From positions 237,551 through 301,550 of the IMG/VR virus record IMGVR_UViG_3300036760_000522: a DNA stretch of 64,000 bases. The stretch is one strand, 5' to 3'. Both the position numbers and the translations under genes were made by a program. The notes under the pieces were generated by a model that ran no database searches, had not been told where the DNA came from, and was given only the letters and a program-made list of their open reading frames with translations. Below, in pieces: positions 28,447-36,638 of the stretch (the stretch's first letter is position 1; each line of letters begins with the position of its first letter).

Positions 28447-28643
28447 TTCGGTCAGTTGGATTTTTTTGACGTCCTTAGTGTGATGAAGTGACCCGACGTT
28501 CATTGTGCTCTCAAACAGCTGACGGTTGATAGGAGATCCTGTTAACTCCTAGAGGACCACTACACCGGCTCGGACCTGTTGGACAAGGAGATCTTTTTGG
28601 TCGGATGGTCGGAAGAGGTTTGGACTTCTGTTGGTGTAGGTGA

Positions 28644-28970
28644 GTGAAGATGCTCAGTCGAATGAAGCTGTCGGATGTTAAGTGGGATCCCACCGTGCTC
28701 ATCGAGTTACCCGCTCCGCTTCGCGTAGCGGAGAGCCTTGCGTTGAAGTTCCAGATCACCCGTCAGGTTGATCGACGTTGGTGGCGACTCGACGTTGTAG
28801 GAATCTTCCGTGTCACACAGGTAGGCTTCGACGCTCAGAAAGGCCTCTCACGGCAGCTTCTGAGCGTCGAAGCCTCAGGACCTCCGCCAGTGTGGCAGAG
28901 CGTTCGAAAGCCTCCCAGAATCGAAACCACGTGGAGTCCTGCTAGGTCTCCACGTCAGCCCATCATCTAG
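28644..28970 (+). CDS. Hypothetical protein
   Basis: 108-aa ORF only. Confidence 0.35.
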   Translation: MKMLSRMKLSDVKWDPTVLIELPAPLRVAESLALKFQITRQVDRRWWRLDVVGIFRVTQVGFDAQKGLSRQLLSVEASGPPPVWQSVRKPPRIETTWSPARSPRQPII

Positions 28971-29125
28971 TAGAGCGAGACGCTTCGTTACTAAAGCTAC
29001 CCTGGTCCCTGTTGGACGATCGGCCTCGCGGAACACTCCGAGTCAAGGGCGAAGCAAAGGTCCGCGTAGCTGGAGCCCTGGAGCCCTGTTGGTCTATCCC
29101 ACACTTGTTCACAGGACGTTTAGAA

Positions 29126-29551
29126 ATGAAAGCAGTGAGCCTTTACCAACCGCATGCGTCGTTAGTCAGGATCGGCGTCAAGAAATTCGAAACGCGTAGT
29201 TGGGAGACCCGGTACCGAGGCCCACTAGCGATCCATGCGACCAAGGCCTTCCCACGTCAGTACGTGGCGCTCAGCGTGACGGCTCCGTTTTTCAAAGCTC
29301 TGCGAGACGAGTTCCCTCTACCAGCCGGCGCAGTCCTTTGCGTCGTGGATCTAGTCGACTGCATTTCGACAAGTGAGGCTCTTCAACAAGACCTGATTTC
29401 AGATGAGGAACGACTGTTCGGAGATTACAGCCCGAATCGGTTCGCGTGGAAGCTACAGCTTCTCGATGTTTTTGAGCGTCCCATCCACGCTCGAGGCGGA
29501 CAACGCATCTGGGAGTGGATCCCTCCTCAGAAGTTCACGACGTACGTGTAA
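29126..29551 (+). CDS. ASCH domain protein
   Basis: MKAVSLYQPHASLV..GVKKFETRSW.T.YRGPLAIHA and C-terminal RGGQRIWEW. Confidence 0.85.
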   Translation: MKAVSLYQPHASLVRIGVKKFETRSWETRYRGPLAIHATKAFPRQYVALSVTAPFFKALRDEFPLPAGAVLCVVDLVDCISTSEALQQDLISDEERLFGDYSPNRFAWKLQLLDVFERPIHARGGQRIWEWIPPQKFTTYV

Positions 29552-29895
29552 CCAAACCCTGTTGCTGAGGTCGAAGAGGTCGTGGACGAGCCGCTGTAGA
29601 AGATGATTGTCGGCGGCGGTGCAGGACGAATCGGTACGATCTTCAAATCTTTGAACTCCGTAACGATGTCATTCAGGAGTTGCATGATCCTGACGTCGCC
29701 GCCTTGATCCGGATGATATTTCTTAGCGAGCTGTCGGTGTGTCTTGGACACCTCGTCTTTCAAAGCCTCAAGCTCTTGCACTGCTGTATTGTACGGCAGT
29801 GCCTGAAGCCGCAGAATCTTGCCTTGTGTGATTCCAAGCTTCGCAATGAGCTCGTTCGCAGTCTTACGTTCGGCAGGAGTCAGTGATGTTTCCAT
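29527..29895 (-). CDS. J-domain (DnaJ-like) protein
   Basis: HRQLAKKYHPDQGGD..MQLLN containing the HPD motif. Confidence 0.7.
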   Translation of the reverse strand: METSLTPAERKTANELIAKLGITQGKILRLQALPYNTAVQELEALKDEVSKTHRQLAKKYHPDQGGDVRIMQLLNDIVTEFKDLKIVPIRPAPPPTIIFYSGSSTTSSTSATGFGYTYVVNF

Positions 29896-29924
29896 CTCTA
29901 TTCAACAGCGGCACAAATAAAAAC

Positions 29925-30500
29925 TCAGACCGAAGGACCTGTCACAATATCTTGTCCTTGGTAGTGACTCTTGAGCCCGTCCGAGCCGTATGGATGATTA
30001 CACGCGGTTGCGAGCTTCGTGAAATTGATCTGTGCGATCTTCATTCCCGGCCACAACTGAATAGGCCACGGCCCGTGGTTGACGATTTCCAAGGTCAGGC
30101 GTCCGTCCCACCCAGGATCAACAAATCCTGCGGTCACATGAACCGCTAGGAAGCACCTGCCCCAGGTCGACTTTCCCTCGACCCTAGCTAGAACGTTGGC
30201 AGGACAGGTGATGTTCTCGTTGAGAGCTCCCAACACACAATACTTGGGTTGGAGGACCCAACCCGAAGAACTCATGTTGTGGCGCTCGAAAACTGGTTTT
30301 TTCTCAGGTCGTCTCAAATCAATGAGGTCTGTTGCATTCACCCAAAGAGGCGGAAGCAACAGAGTTTCGTGCAACGTGACATCGTAACTTGCAGGTTGAA
30401 TTTGGTCGTGATTGAAGGGCTTGATATAACCTAGCTCAGCAAGCCTTTCAATGTCACGATCGCACAACGGTCCTACAGGCACTGACGGTATTGTATCCAT
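29925..30500 (-). CDS. dcd: dCTP deaminase
   Basis: IQPASYDVTL, ARVEGKSTWGR, AGFVDPGWDGRLTLEI, PGMKIAQ, Y..QG. Confidence 0.92.
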   Translation of the reverse strand: MDTIPSVPVGPLCDRDIERLAELGYIKPFNHDQIQPASYDVTLHETLLLPPLWVNATDLIDLRRPEKKPVFERHNMSSSGWVLQPKYCVLGALNENITCPANVLARVEGKSTWGRCFLAVHVTAGFVDPGWDGRLTLEIVNHGPWPIQLWPGMKIAQINFTKLATACNHPYGSDGLKSHYQGQDIVTGPSV

Positions 30501-30523
30501 ATGGCGGACTACAACACCATGGG

Positions 30524-30865
30524 TCAGGCGCCTGCTTTCTTGTGCTTTGTGACCAACGACAAACGTTGTGGGGTTTCGTAACCGAGAAAGACGGCTGTGA
30601 CGTAGATCCCGATCCCTTCCTTTTCGAGCGCACGTGGTGTGACGCTGACTTGTCCGTAGCCGACCCGCCCATCGTTAACACGAAACGAACAAGGCAGAAT
30701 CAACTGTGACAATTCTGCGCGCCAGGTCTCGCCGTAAGTGAGTGAATCTGGATCAGGTTCTGTTTGAGTCAGTTCCCGAAACTTCTCGAGCACGACCCCT
30801 CGTGTGAGTTCGATCCAAAAAGGAAGCCCCGCAAAACCAACGTATCCCTCAGCAGCCACAAACAA
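30524..30865 (-). CDS. Hypothetical protein
   Basis: 113-aa ORF; the frame stays open upstream to a TGA at 30956-30958. Confidence 0.45.
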   Translation of the reverse strand: MFVAAEGYVGFAGLPFWIELTRGVVLEKFRELTQTEPDPDSLTYGETWRAELSQLILPCSFRVNDGRVGYGQVSVTPRALEKEGIGIYVTAVFLGYETPQRLSLVTKHKKAGA

Positions 30866-30930
30866 GGCAAAGTCAGTAAAAGATCCAGGGATAACTAGCC
30901 TATTTGGTTCATAGGCGGAGCCTTGGATCC

Positions 30931-30978
30931 CTGCTAGGTTGGGCTTTCCGTCGTCTCAGGATGGCGGAGAAATTGAAA
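30931..30978. repeat. Hairpin-bearing dispersed repeat, copy 1
   Basis: CTGCTAGGTTGGGCTTTCCGTCG (23 bp), 11 variable nt, then CGGAGAAATTGAAA (14 bp). Both blocks are identical at 34263-34314. Confidence 0.85.
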
Positions 30979-31012
30979 TGTTGACGAGCCTCGCGCGTTT
31001 GTTATCATAGGC

Positions 31013-31092
31013 TTCGGCGTTGCGTCGAACGGCCTCTAGCAGTTGGTGTCCCCCCTCTTACTGCTGGTGAGTGTCGTCGATGCAACGCCGAA
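31013..31092 (+). ncRNA. Candidate structured RNA or terminator-like long hairpin
   Basis: 16-bp outer stem (31013-31028 with 31077-31092) and 8-bp inner stem (31036-31043 with 31060-31067). Each has one G-U pair that works only on the + strand. A T-rich tail follows. Confidence 0.45.
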
Positions 31093-31138
31093 TTAGTTTT
31101 TGTCGTTTCGGATCGACTGGGAATTGAATGGTGGGACA

Positions 31139-31411
31139 TCACCGTCGAACAACGAGCTGCGGTGGATCGACGTAACGATCATCACTCGTGAACTTGAATC
31201 CTTTGATCGGCTCACCGACGGCAGCTAGTGCAAGAGCGTTGGTGGCGACGGCAATCAAATCGGCAGTTTTCACGACTTCCCACGCCCAAGGCTGACGGAT
31301 CTCTAGTCTGAGCAATCCGTTCGGATCCGCGGAAGCTCTAAACTTTAGAGTCGAACTGAGTTCGAAGATCTTCACAGGTCCCCTTCCACCAGTATTCGTC
31401 GAATCCGACAT
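31139..31411 (-). CDS. Hypothetical protein
   Basis: 90-aa ORF, ATG start. Confidence 0.45.
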   Translation of the reverse strand: MSDSTNTGGRGPVKIFELSSTLKFRASADPNGLLRLEIRQPWAWEVVKTADLIAVATNALALAAVGEPIKGFKFTSDDRYVDPPQLVVRR

Positions 31412-31665
31412 TTTGATGTCACCTTGCCGTCCTGGTCCGTGAAGGTGATCTCATTCTCAGAAGAGCCTTTGCGGCGCCAACGAATGATCGCCGGAAGTCG
31501 GGATCCGATCGGATGACACGATATTGTGTCGAGCAGTTGTCGACCTCCGTCCACTGCATAGAGATTAGGACGGTCACGTGTCACCGTAACGTGGCGGTAG
31601 GTTTCGGCGCTCGCTACAGCTTCCGTGAAAATCACCAACAGACAGAACGTTGAGAATTTGGACAT
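31372..31665 (-). CDS. Putative secreted protein
   Basis: Signal-peptide-like MSKFSTFCLLVIFTEAVASA; two cysteines in the mature part. Confidence 0.5.
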   Translation of the reverse strand: MSKFSTFCLLVIFTEAVASAETYRHVTVTRDRPNLYAVDGGRQLLDTISCHPIGSRLPAIIRWRRKGSSENEITFTDQDGKVTSKCRIRRILVEGDL

Positions 31666-31733
31666 CTCTTACTCTTGTGGATGGAATAAACTTGTTGACT
31701 TCCCATTGTGGAGAGACAAGCTCAATAGTGTGA

Positions 31734-31764
31734 TGTGGTGTTGTAGTATATTGGGAATTGAAGG
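31734..31764 (+). promoter_or_regulatory. Promoter-like element upstream of the RRM gene
   Basis: TGTGGTGTTGTAGTATATTGGGAATTGAAGG (31 bp), with an exact inverted copy at 49075-49105. Confidence 0.65.
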
Positions 31765-31807
31765 CAGGATCAAAGGAACTCACCCGTCGAGAGAAAGTAA
31801 GAGTGAA

Positions 31808-32161
31808 ATGAAGCGATTGTTTGTTGGAAACCTGTCTTACGCGACTAGCGTGGACGAATTCAGGACTCTTTTCACACGATTCGGCACACTACGTTCTGTG
31901 GACATCGTCACTGATCGTGAGACCGGCCAAAGCCGCGGTTTCGGGTTCGCAGAGTTCACAACTGATCAAGCCGCCGAAGACTGTGCGACGTCTCTGCACA
32001 AGTCCAATTTCGGCGGTCGGCCCATCATTGTTCAGGAAGCTGTCCAGAAGCCAAGGACTCGGAAAGAATTTTCGCAACCGCCGCCAGACCCAGAAGTGCA
32101 TCGTCGCCCACAACGTCGGGATCACCGACGTGATCGGCCGAGCCGGGATTACAACGATTGA
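31808..32161 (+). CDS. RRM (RNP) RNA-binding protein
   Basis: RNP2 LFVGNL and RNP1 RGFGFAEF, followed by an R/D-rich tail. Confidence 0.92.
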   Translation: MKRLFVGNLSYATSVDEFRTLFTRFGTLRSVDIVTDRETGQSRGFGFAEFTTDQAAEDCATSLHKSNFGGRPIIVQEAVQKPRTRKEFSQPPPDPEVHRRPQRRDHRRDRPSRDYND

Positions 32162-32335
32162 GTCTGTAAGCGACTTGTGCGCTGTGCACGTCTCGAGGTA
32201 CAAGTTCTCCACGACGTACAAAAGAAGATTTGTAGAGCGTGATTTGCCCGCTCCACGGAACCAGTGGCGATGGTGTAGCAGCTTGCACCGTTCGTGTTAG
32301 GTACTCAAAATCGTGTGGGTGAATCCAAAAACTGA

Positions 32336-32863
32336 TCAACCGATCAATCTTTCGTTTGCGATCATGCCGGTGTTCTTCCCATTGACCAGACAAAGCGTCC
32401 GGAGCTTGGACGCAGCGTTGACAGGGCCGCTGCTCTCGAGTGAATAGGGTGGATCAGAAAGCGTCGCAGCGTCGTTCAATGCAACAGATTTTGGATAGGC
32501 GTCGACGACAACTCGCAGAATTGCCGCCTCACACTTGCCGAGTTCACGATACCAAAACTCTGCAAGTGCGCGACCAGTTGGCAAAGGATCGAAGTCTCCT
32601 AGGATTGCTCGGCCGCTCTCGGTGATGTCTACCCCGTCGATGTTGAAGCCTTTGATGTAGCCCTGCGTACGCAGCCTCGACGCTGCGTTGACAGGGCCAC
32701 TGCTCGTCGTCGAGTAACGAGCGATGATAGTGGCTTGAGTCAACGTTAGACGCCCGTGCTGTGCCAATACAGACAAGATCGCACGCTCACACTTGGAAAT
32801 AGGTTGTCGATCCAAAACCTGAGTTGCAGTGCTTTCCTCCTTGGGAGGCTTACCGTTCGTCAT
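32336..32863 (-). CDS. Tandem winged-helix protein (intact C-terminal part of a decayed ATPase gene)
   Basis: Internal duplication CERAILSVL..SSGPVNAASRLRT and CEAAILRVV..SSGPVNAASKLRT. Confidence 0.6.
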   Translation of the reverse strand: MTNGKPPKEESTATQVLDRQPISKCERAILSVLAQHGRLTLTQATIIARYSTTSSGPVNAASRLRTQGYIKGFNIDGVDITESGRAILGDFDPLPTGRALAEFWYRELGKCEAAILRVVVDAYPKSVALNDAATLSDPPYSLESSGPVNAASKLRTLCLVNGKNTGMIANERLIG

Positions 32864-33321
32864 CTGGGCTCTTTGGGTGGGCTCTTTGCGACTCGTTGTT
32901 GGCGTGGAAAGGTGGGCGTTGTACGTAGTACGAACAAGGTCTCACACACGTCTTCGTTGTGTGATGAGTGTTACACCGATTCCTCGTTTACGGCCGCGTT
33001 GAATCAAATTCAGCCAAGCGCCTACAAGCGGGCGGTTACGAGGATCAGGATTTTGTTGCAGGTAAACGTCAGCCTCTTCACAGAAGACGTGTATGGGATT
33101 GCGGTTTCGGATGAGCAGTTCGTTGGCAAAGTCGAGTAGGAATCGCTGACGTTCTCCATCACTCGACAAAAGCTCAAGGTCCAAAACACACGAAAGGTTC
33201 TTCGACGCAATGAGATTCGCGATCAGCTTTCCGCGCCTCGAATCGCCAATAACCCAAACGTCGAAGTGACTGCCTCAAGCGGCAGGCTAAGGTCTCGGGA
33301 AAGTACGAGGCTTGCAGGCAT
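32864..33321 (-). pseudogene. HerA/DUF87-like ATPase remnant with internal deletions and frameshifts
   Basis: ATG at 33321 gives MPASLVLSRDLSLPLEAVTSTFGLLAIRGA, a broken Walker A. A second frame gives GKLIANLIA..HVFCEEAD (Walker B)..RGRKRGIGVTLITQR. After another frameshift comes DVCETLFVLRTT. Confidence 0.7.
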
Positions 33322-33331
33322 CACTCACCAC

Positions 33332-34024
33332 TTACCCAAGTTCCCCTAAAACAGCTGTGGAAATATCGGGAGGCGTCCAGCCCTCTGGCTTTTCAACCTT
33401 GCCGTCTTCACGAAATTTGACAGTACCATCTGGCCCTCGCTTAGCCATGTTCGAGCGCTGCACTTCATCCCAAACACGATCCAACGGTATTCCGAATTCT
33501 AGTGCGGTCCCCACGACAACGTAAGTCAAATCGGCAAGCCCGTCCGCAAGCCCAATGAGATCAACCTGATTTGGGAATTCCCAGGCAGTGTCACCTATAA
33601 CACGTCGGGCACCCAACGCTTCCATGACCTCCTCGCACTCTTCGTAGATCAGTTTTCCACGAAGTTGGACACGTGCTAGTGCGGGAACTTCAGGGAAGCG
33701 CAAAACAGGTTGTCCCATAACACGGTGGAAATCACGGACGTCACCAAGAAGCCGACACATTCCCCGGTCTTCTTCATCAAAGCACTCATCGGAATAGTCG
33801 TCGGCGACGGCACAGACGACACTCGCGTCCGTTGTTATTTTCGAAATGCGACCACCTGTGATGTGATCGTAAACCTTGCAGCCTTCCGACATGAACACGC
33901 GAGCGTCGTGTAGTTCACGCTTGATCTGGTCAAGATTGAGTTGGCCGTCTTCAGTAGTGACCAAAGGCTCCCAGAACTCCTTCCAGGTTTTTTCGTAATC
34001 AGGTGTTTCGTTCTCAGTCGTCAT
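33332..34024 (-). CDS. MazG-like/PRA-PH nucleotide pyrophosphohydrolase fused to an unknown N-terminal domain
   Basis: VRDFHRVMG, LIYEECEEV, ADGLADLTYVVVG, VQRSNMAK, DGKVEKPEGWTPPDI. Confidence 0.82.
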   Translation of the reverse strand: MTTENETPDYEKTWKEFWEPLVTTEDGQLNLDQIKRELHDARVFMSEGCKVYDHITGGRISKITTDASVVCAVADDYSDECFDEEDRGMCRLLGDVRDFHRVMGQPVLRFPEVPALARVQLRGKLIYEECEEVMEALGARRVIGDTAWEFPNQVDLIGLADGLADLTYVVVGTALEFGIPLDRVWDEVQRSNMAKRGPDGTVKFREDGKVEKPEGWTPPDISTAVLGELG

Positions 34025-34206
34025 TCGACAATCTCTCCAGGGACCTCTTTGGACTTGTCCCAGTTCTCCGGCAGCTGGACCTTGATGCGGAAGATCGTGT
34101 ACCCGTCCTTTTCAAGGCGGGCTTGCCACACAGGTTGAGGAGTCGCTGTCGACGTGTAGATGCGCTCTTCGCCCGGTCGCAATGCAATCCAAAAATAGGT
34201 CGTCAT
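34021..34206 (-). CDS. Hypothetical protein
   Basis: Purine-rich RBS; its stop overlaps the next ATG. Confidence 0.5.
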   Translation of the reverse strand: MTTYFWIALRPGEERIYTSTATPQPVWQARLEKDGYTIFRIKVQLPENWDKSKEVPGEIVE

Positions 34207-34262
34207 TCTCGTGTCTTTCCTCTTTCCTTTTCAATGTTCCTTCTCGCGATGCAAGGCGCCTT

Positions 34263-34314
34263 CTGCTAGGTTGGGCTTTCCGTCGCCTTCATTGGGTGGT
34301 CGGAGAAATTGAAA
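34263..34314. repeat. Hairpin-bearing dispersed repeat, copy 2
   Basis: Same 23-bp and 14-bp blocks as 30931-30978, with a 15-nt variable middle. Confidence 0.85.
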
Positions 34315-34651
34315 CCAACTTCCCCAACACCTTTGCGTATTCGCCGAACAGGAGCGCACGCTTGTACAATTTCCAACACTTGCGACAGATGAAAGGCTGG
34401 CAGGTTTCCGTGTCAAGTACGAAACGGTGATCGTGTCCGCCCCGACCGTGACCCTTAACACCGGTCTTCTTGCTAATCTTGCCTTTCGGGTGTGGTGTCC
34501 CTTTCGGCAGGAGTTTTCCGCACAGGCTGGGGCTGTCGATTGCGTCCTCACAGCCGTTCTTCTCAGCCAACTTGAGCTCTGTTCCAACGAGGAGCCGAAT
34601 GTGCCACGTACCCGAGCTGTACCGTGATTCACAGAAAGCATATTGAGACAT
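34289..34651 (-). CDS. Cys/His-containing hypothetical protein
   Basis: ATG at 34651; CRKC motif; stop lies in the loop of repeat copy 2. Confidence 0.45.
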   Translation of the reverse strand: MSQYAFCESRYSSGTWHIRLLVGTELKLAEKNGCEDAIDSPSLCGKLLPKGTPHPKGKISKKTGVKGHGRGGHDHRFVLDTETCQPFICRKCWKLYKRALLFGEYAKVLGKLVSISPTTQ

Positions 34652-34695
34652 TTTGGACAGAGAAGCGTTACAATGTGAAACGGACCAAAAAAGCA

Positions 34696-34725
34696 CTCGA
34701 TTTTTAGGCCTCGCAATTCGTAGTA
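34696..34725 (+). promoter_or_regulatory. Bipartite phage promoter motif A, copy 1
   Basis: CTCGATT-TTT-AGGC-CTCGCA-ATTCGTAGTA, ending 9 nt before ATG 34735. Confidence 0.7.
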
Positions 34726-34734
34726 ACAGGTAAC

Positions 34735-35853
34735 ATGCAAAACACCAGCACTGCCTACGGTTCTGTTCTTGTCGGGCTTGAAGCTCGCTTAGTGAAAATC
34801 ACAGCTACCGCGACGCCTAATAGTTCGCTGTGCATTGTTGGATTACCTGAAGCCGCAATGCGGGAAACTCGTTTGCGCGTCTGTGTGGTAGCTCATCCGC
34901 TCAACGTCAAAGTCGTCGTGCACGATCTCCCGGAAGGAGTGTCTACGGCTCCTCTAGATCTGGCAATCGCTGCCGCAATCATGCGAGCTTTAGGAACACC
35001 TGTTGCAGCTGATCCTGCAACAATTTTCGTGGGCGCGTTGGCACCTGACGGCGCAGTCCGTTCCGTGTCCGGAGTTCTCTGTCGGATCGACACGACACGC
35101 CCGATCGTTGTACCTTCTGAAAATGCTTGGGAAGCAGGTCTCGTACCCGGAGCAGAGTGTTACACGTTGCTAAACTTCCATCAATTGAGAGGTGAACTCG
35201 CCCGTATCCAACCGCACCAACTGTCAGATCACACTCGCGACGGGGCTGTGCGGGCCAGCCCACAATTTGAAGACCTTTCCGAGCCCTTGAAGATCGCCTA
35301 TCAGGCGTGTGTTGGTCACAAACGTCTCTTGCTCGTCGGTCGCCCGGGAGTTGGTAAGACAATACTTGCTCGGGTTCTCGCGTCGAGCATGGAACCCCTC
35401 TCTCCTGAAGAGAGCTTGGAAGTCGCCAAGGTCTACAGCGTGTGTGGCCTAGCGAACGCTCTAACGAAACAACGACCGTTTCGAGCACCTCACCATACGG
35501 TCTCTGAAGCCGGCTTGGTCGGCGGGGGTGTTAATCCGCGGCCGGGTGAGGTCTCTCTCGCTCACCGAGGCGTTCTGTTCCTCGACGAAGTACTTGAATA
35601 CACACTATCGCGGCTTACTAGCCTTGGTGGCGTTCTCCGGAGCCAGGAAGCCGTGTTTGCACGCTCAGGCGCCGTCGTCAGACTTCCAGCGGTACCCGCT
35701 GCGGTCATAGCCGCGTCGAACCCCTGCCCGTGCGGATATTTGGGTTCGGAGATCCGCTCGTGTCGCTGCTCTGAAGAGACGGTACGGAAGTACCAAAAAC
35801 GTCTCGCTGAGTGTGCAGAAATTCTCGGTCTCCACATCGTCAACATAACATGA
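34735..35853 (+). CDS. comM: ComM/YifB (Mg-chelatase-related) AAA+ ATPase, C-terminally truncated
   Basis: IVGLPEAAMRE, GRPGVGKT, RPFRAPHHTVS..GG..PGEVSLAHRGVLFLDE, NPCPCGY..CRC..YQKRL. It ends before the usual SGPLLDRID. Confidence 0.8.
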   Translation: MQNTSTAYGSVLVGLEARLVKITATATPNSSLCIVGLPEAAMRETRLRVCVVAHPLNVKVVVHDLPEGVSTAPLDLAIAAAIMRALGTPVAADPATIFVGALAPDGAVRSVSGVLCRIDTTRPIVVPSENAWEAGLVPGAECYTLLNFHQLRGELARIQPHQLSDHTRDGAVRASPQFEDLSEPLKIAYQACVGHKRLLLVGRPGVGKTILARVLASSMEPLSPEESLEVAKVYSVCGLANALTKQRPFRAPHHTVSEAGLVGGGVNPRPGEVSLAHRGVLFLDEVLEYTLSRLTSLGGVLRSQEAVFARSGAVVRLPAVPAAVIAASNPCPCGYLGSEIRSCRCSEETVRKYQKRLAECAEILGLHIVNIT

Positions 35854-36638
35854 AACTACTGAAGATCATCGGATACCTGTTCTCGGCCTATGCGGCCTTC
35901 GTGTTGGTTCGTCAGGGGATCACCTATTTGCGTGCAGGTGTGATCACCGAAGCGGATCACCGAAGTTTCGAATCTGAGGCTGCCAAGCTGGTTGGCGGAG
36001 ACACAACAGCGGCACGGTATGATCGAGCTGCCCGACAATTCGTCATTCACGTAGACCTCGAAAAGCCTGCGCAGTGGATCCCCAACGACTTCATGAGTCG
36101 CGTTGAGGCTTGTCGTGACCAGGCTACAAGCGACATCAAGAAACTGGCGGGTTACAAGGTGACGTGGAAGCACATCTACCGCAACCGGACGACGGACCAA
36201 ACCCACGAACGTGTGGTCAGTCCGAAAGACTGTCTCGAAGTCCAGGACAACTTCGCTCGGCACACTTTCAGTCCACGCGACTTACAAGATCTTGAGCGGT
36301 TCGCTGCGTCAGAAATGGGACAACGCACGTCGAATGTGTCCGGCGACCCCCAACTTGAGTCAGTAATCACAGGCTCCAAGTTCGATAGCGCGACGCGGGC
36401 CTACCGCACAGAGATCACGTTCATTCGAAATGACCTTGATATCCGGCGTGGCGATACGCACACAGTCGCACCAGACGCTGTCTCGAGCACGCTCAACGAT
36501 CTCTGTCGAGCCCCCATGTTCAAAGAGATTATCGAGCTTGGTGGCACCTTCCAGATGGATTACGTCATCGCGGATCGCCAGCAGAAACCGTTGTCGCAGT
36601 TCACAGTTCAATCTGAGCACTGTCCAAGGACCAGATGA
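35850..36638 (+). CDS. Membrane-anchored protein with two Cys-bounded repeats
   Basis: N-terminal hydrophobic helix; two C..Y..C modules recalling AspS2-type pilotin domains (weak). Confidence 0.55.
   Translation: MKLLKIIGYLFSAYAAFVLVRQGITYLRAGVITEADHRSFESEAAKLVGGDTTAARYDRAARQFVIHVDLEKPAQWIPNDFMSRVEACRDQATSDIKKLAGYKVTWKHIYRNRTTDQTHERVVSPKDCLEVQDNFARHTFSPRDLQDLERFAASEMGQRTSNVSGDPQLESVITGSKFDSATRAYRTEITFIRNDLDIRRGDTHTVAPDAVSSTLNDLCRAPMFKEIIELGGTFQMDYVIADRQQKPLSQFTVQSEHCPRTR

Noticed and set aside
30524-30990. Selenocysteine or TGA recoding at 30956-30958 (in frame with the downstream ORF), or an alternative genetic code
   Set aside because: The second repeat copy does not keep the frame, the hairpin folds on the opposite strand, and TGA is used as a normal coupled stop throughout the window.
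30931-34314. Integron attC sites (GTTGGGC matches GTTRRRY)
   Set aside because: The core lies on the wrong side of the hairpin, there is no matching RYYYAAC on the same strand, and no integrase is present.
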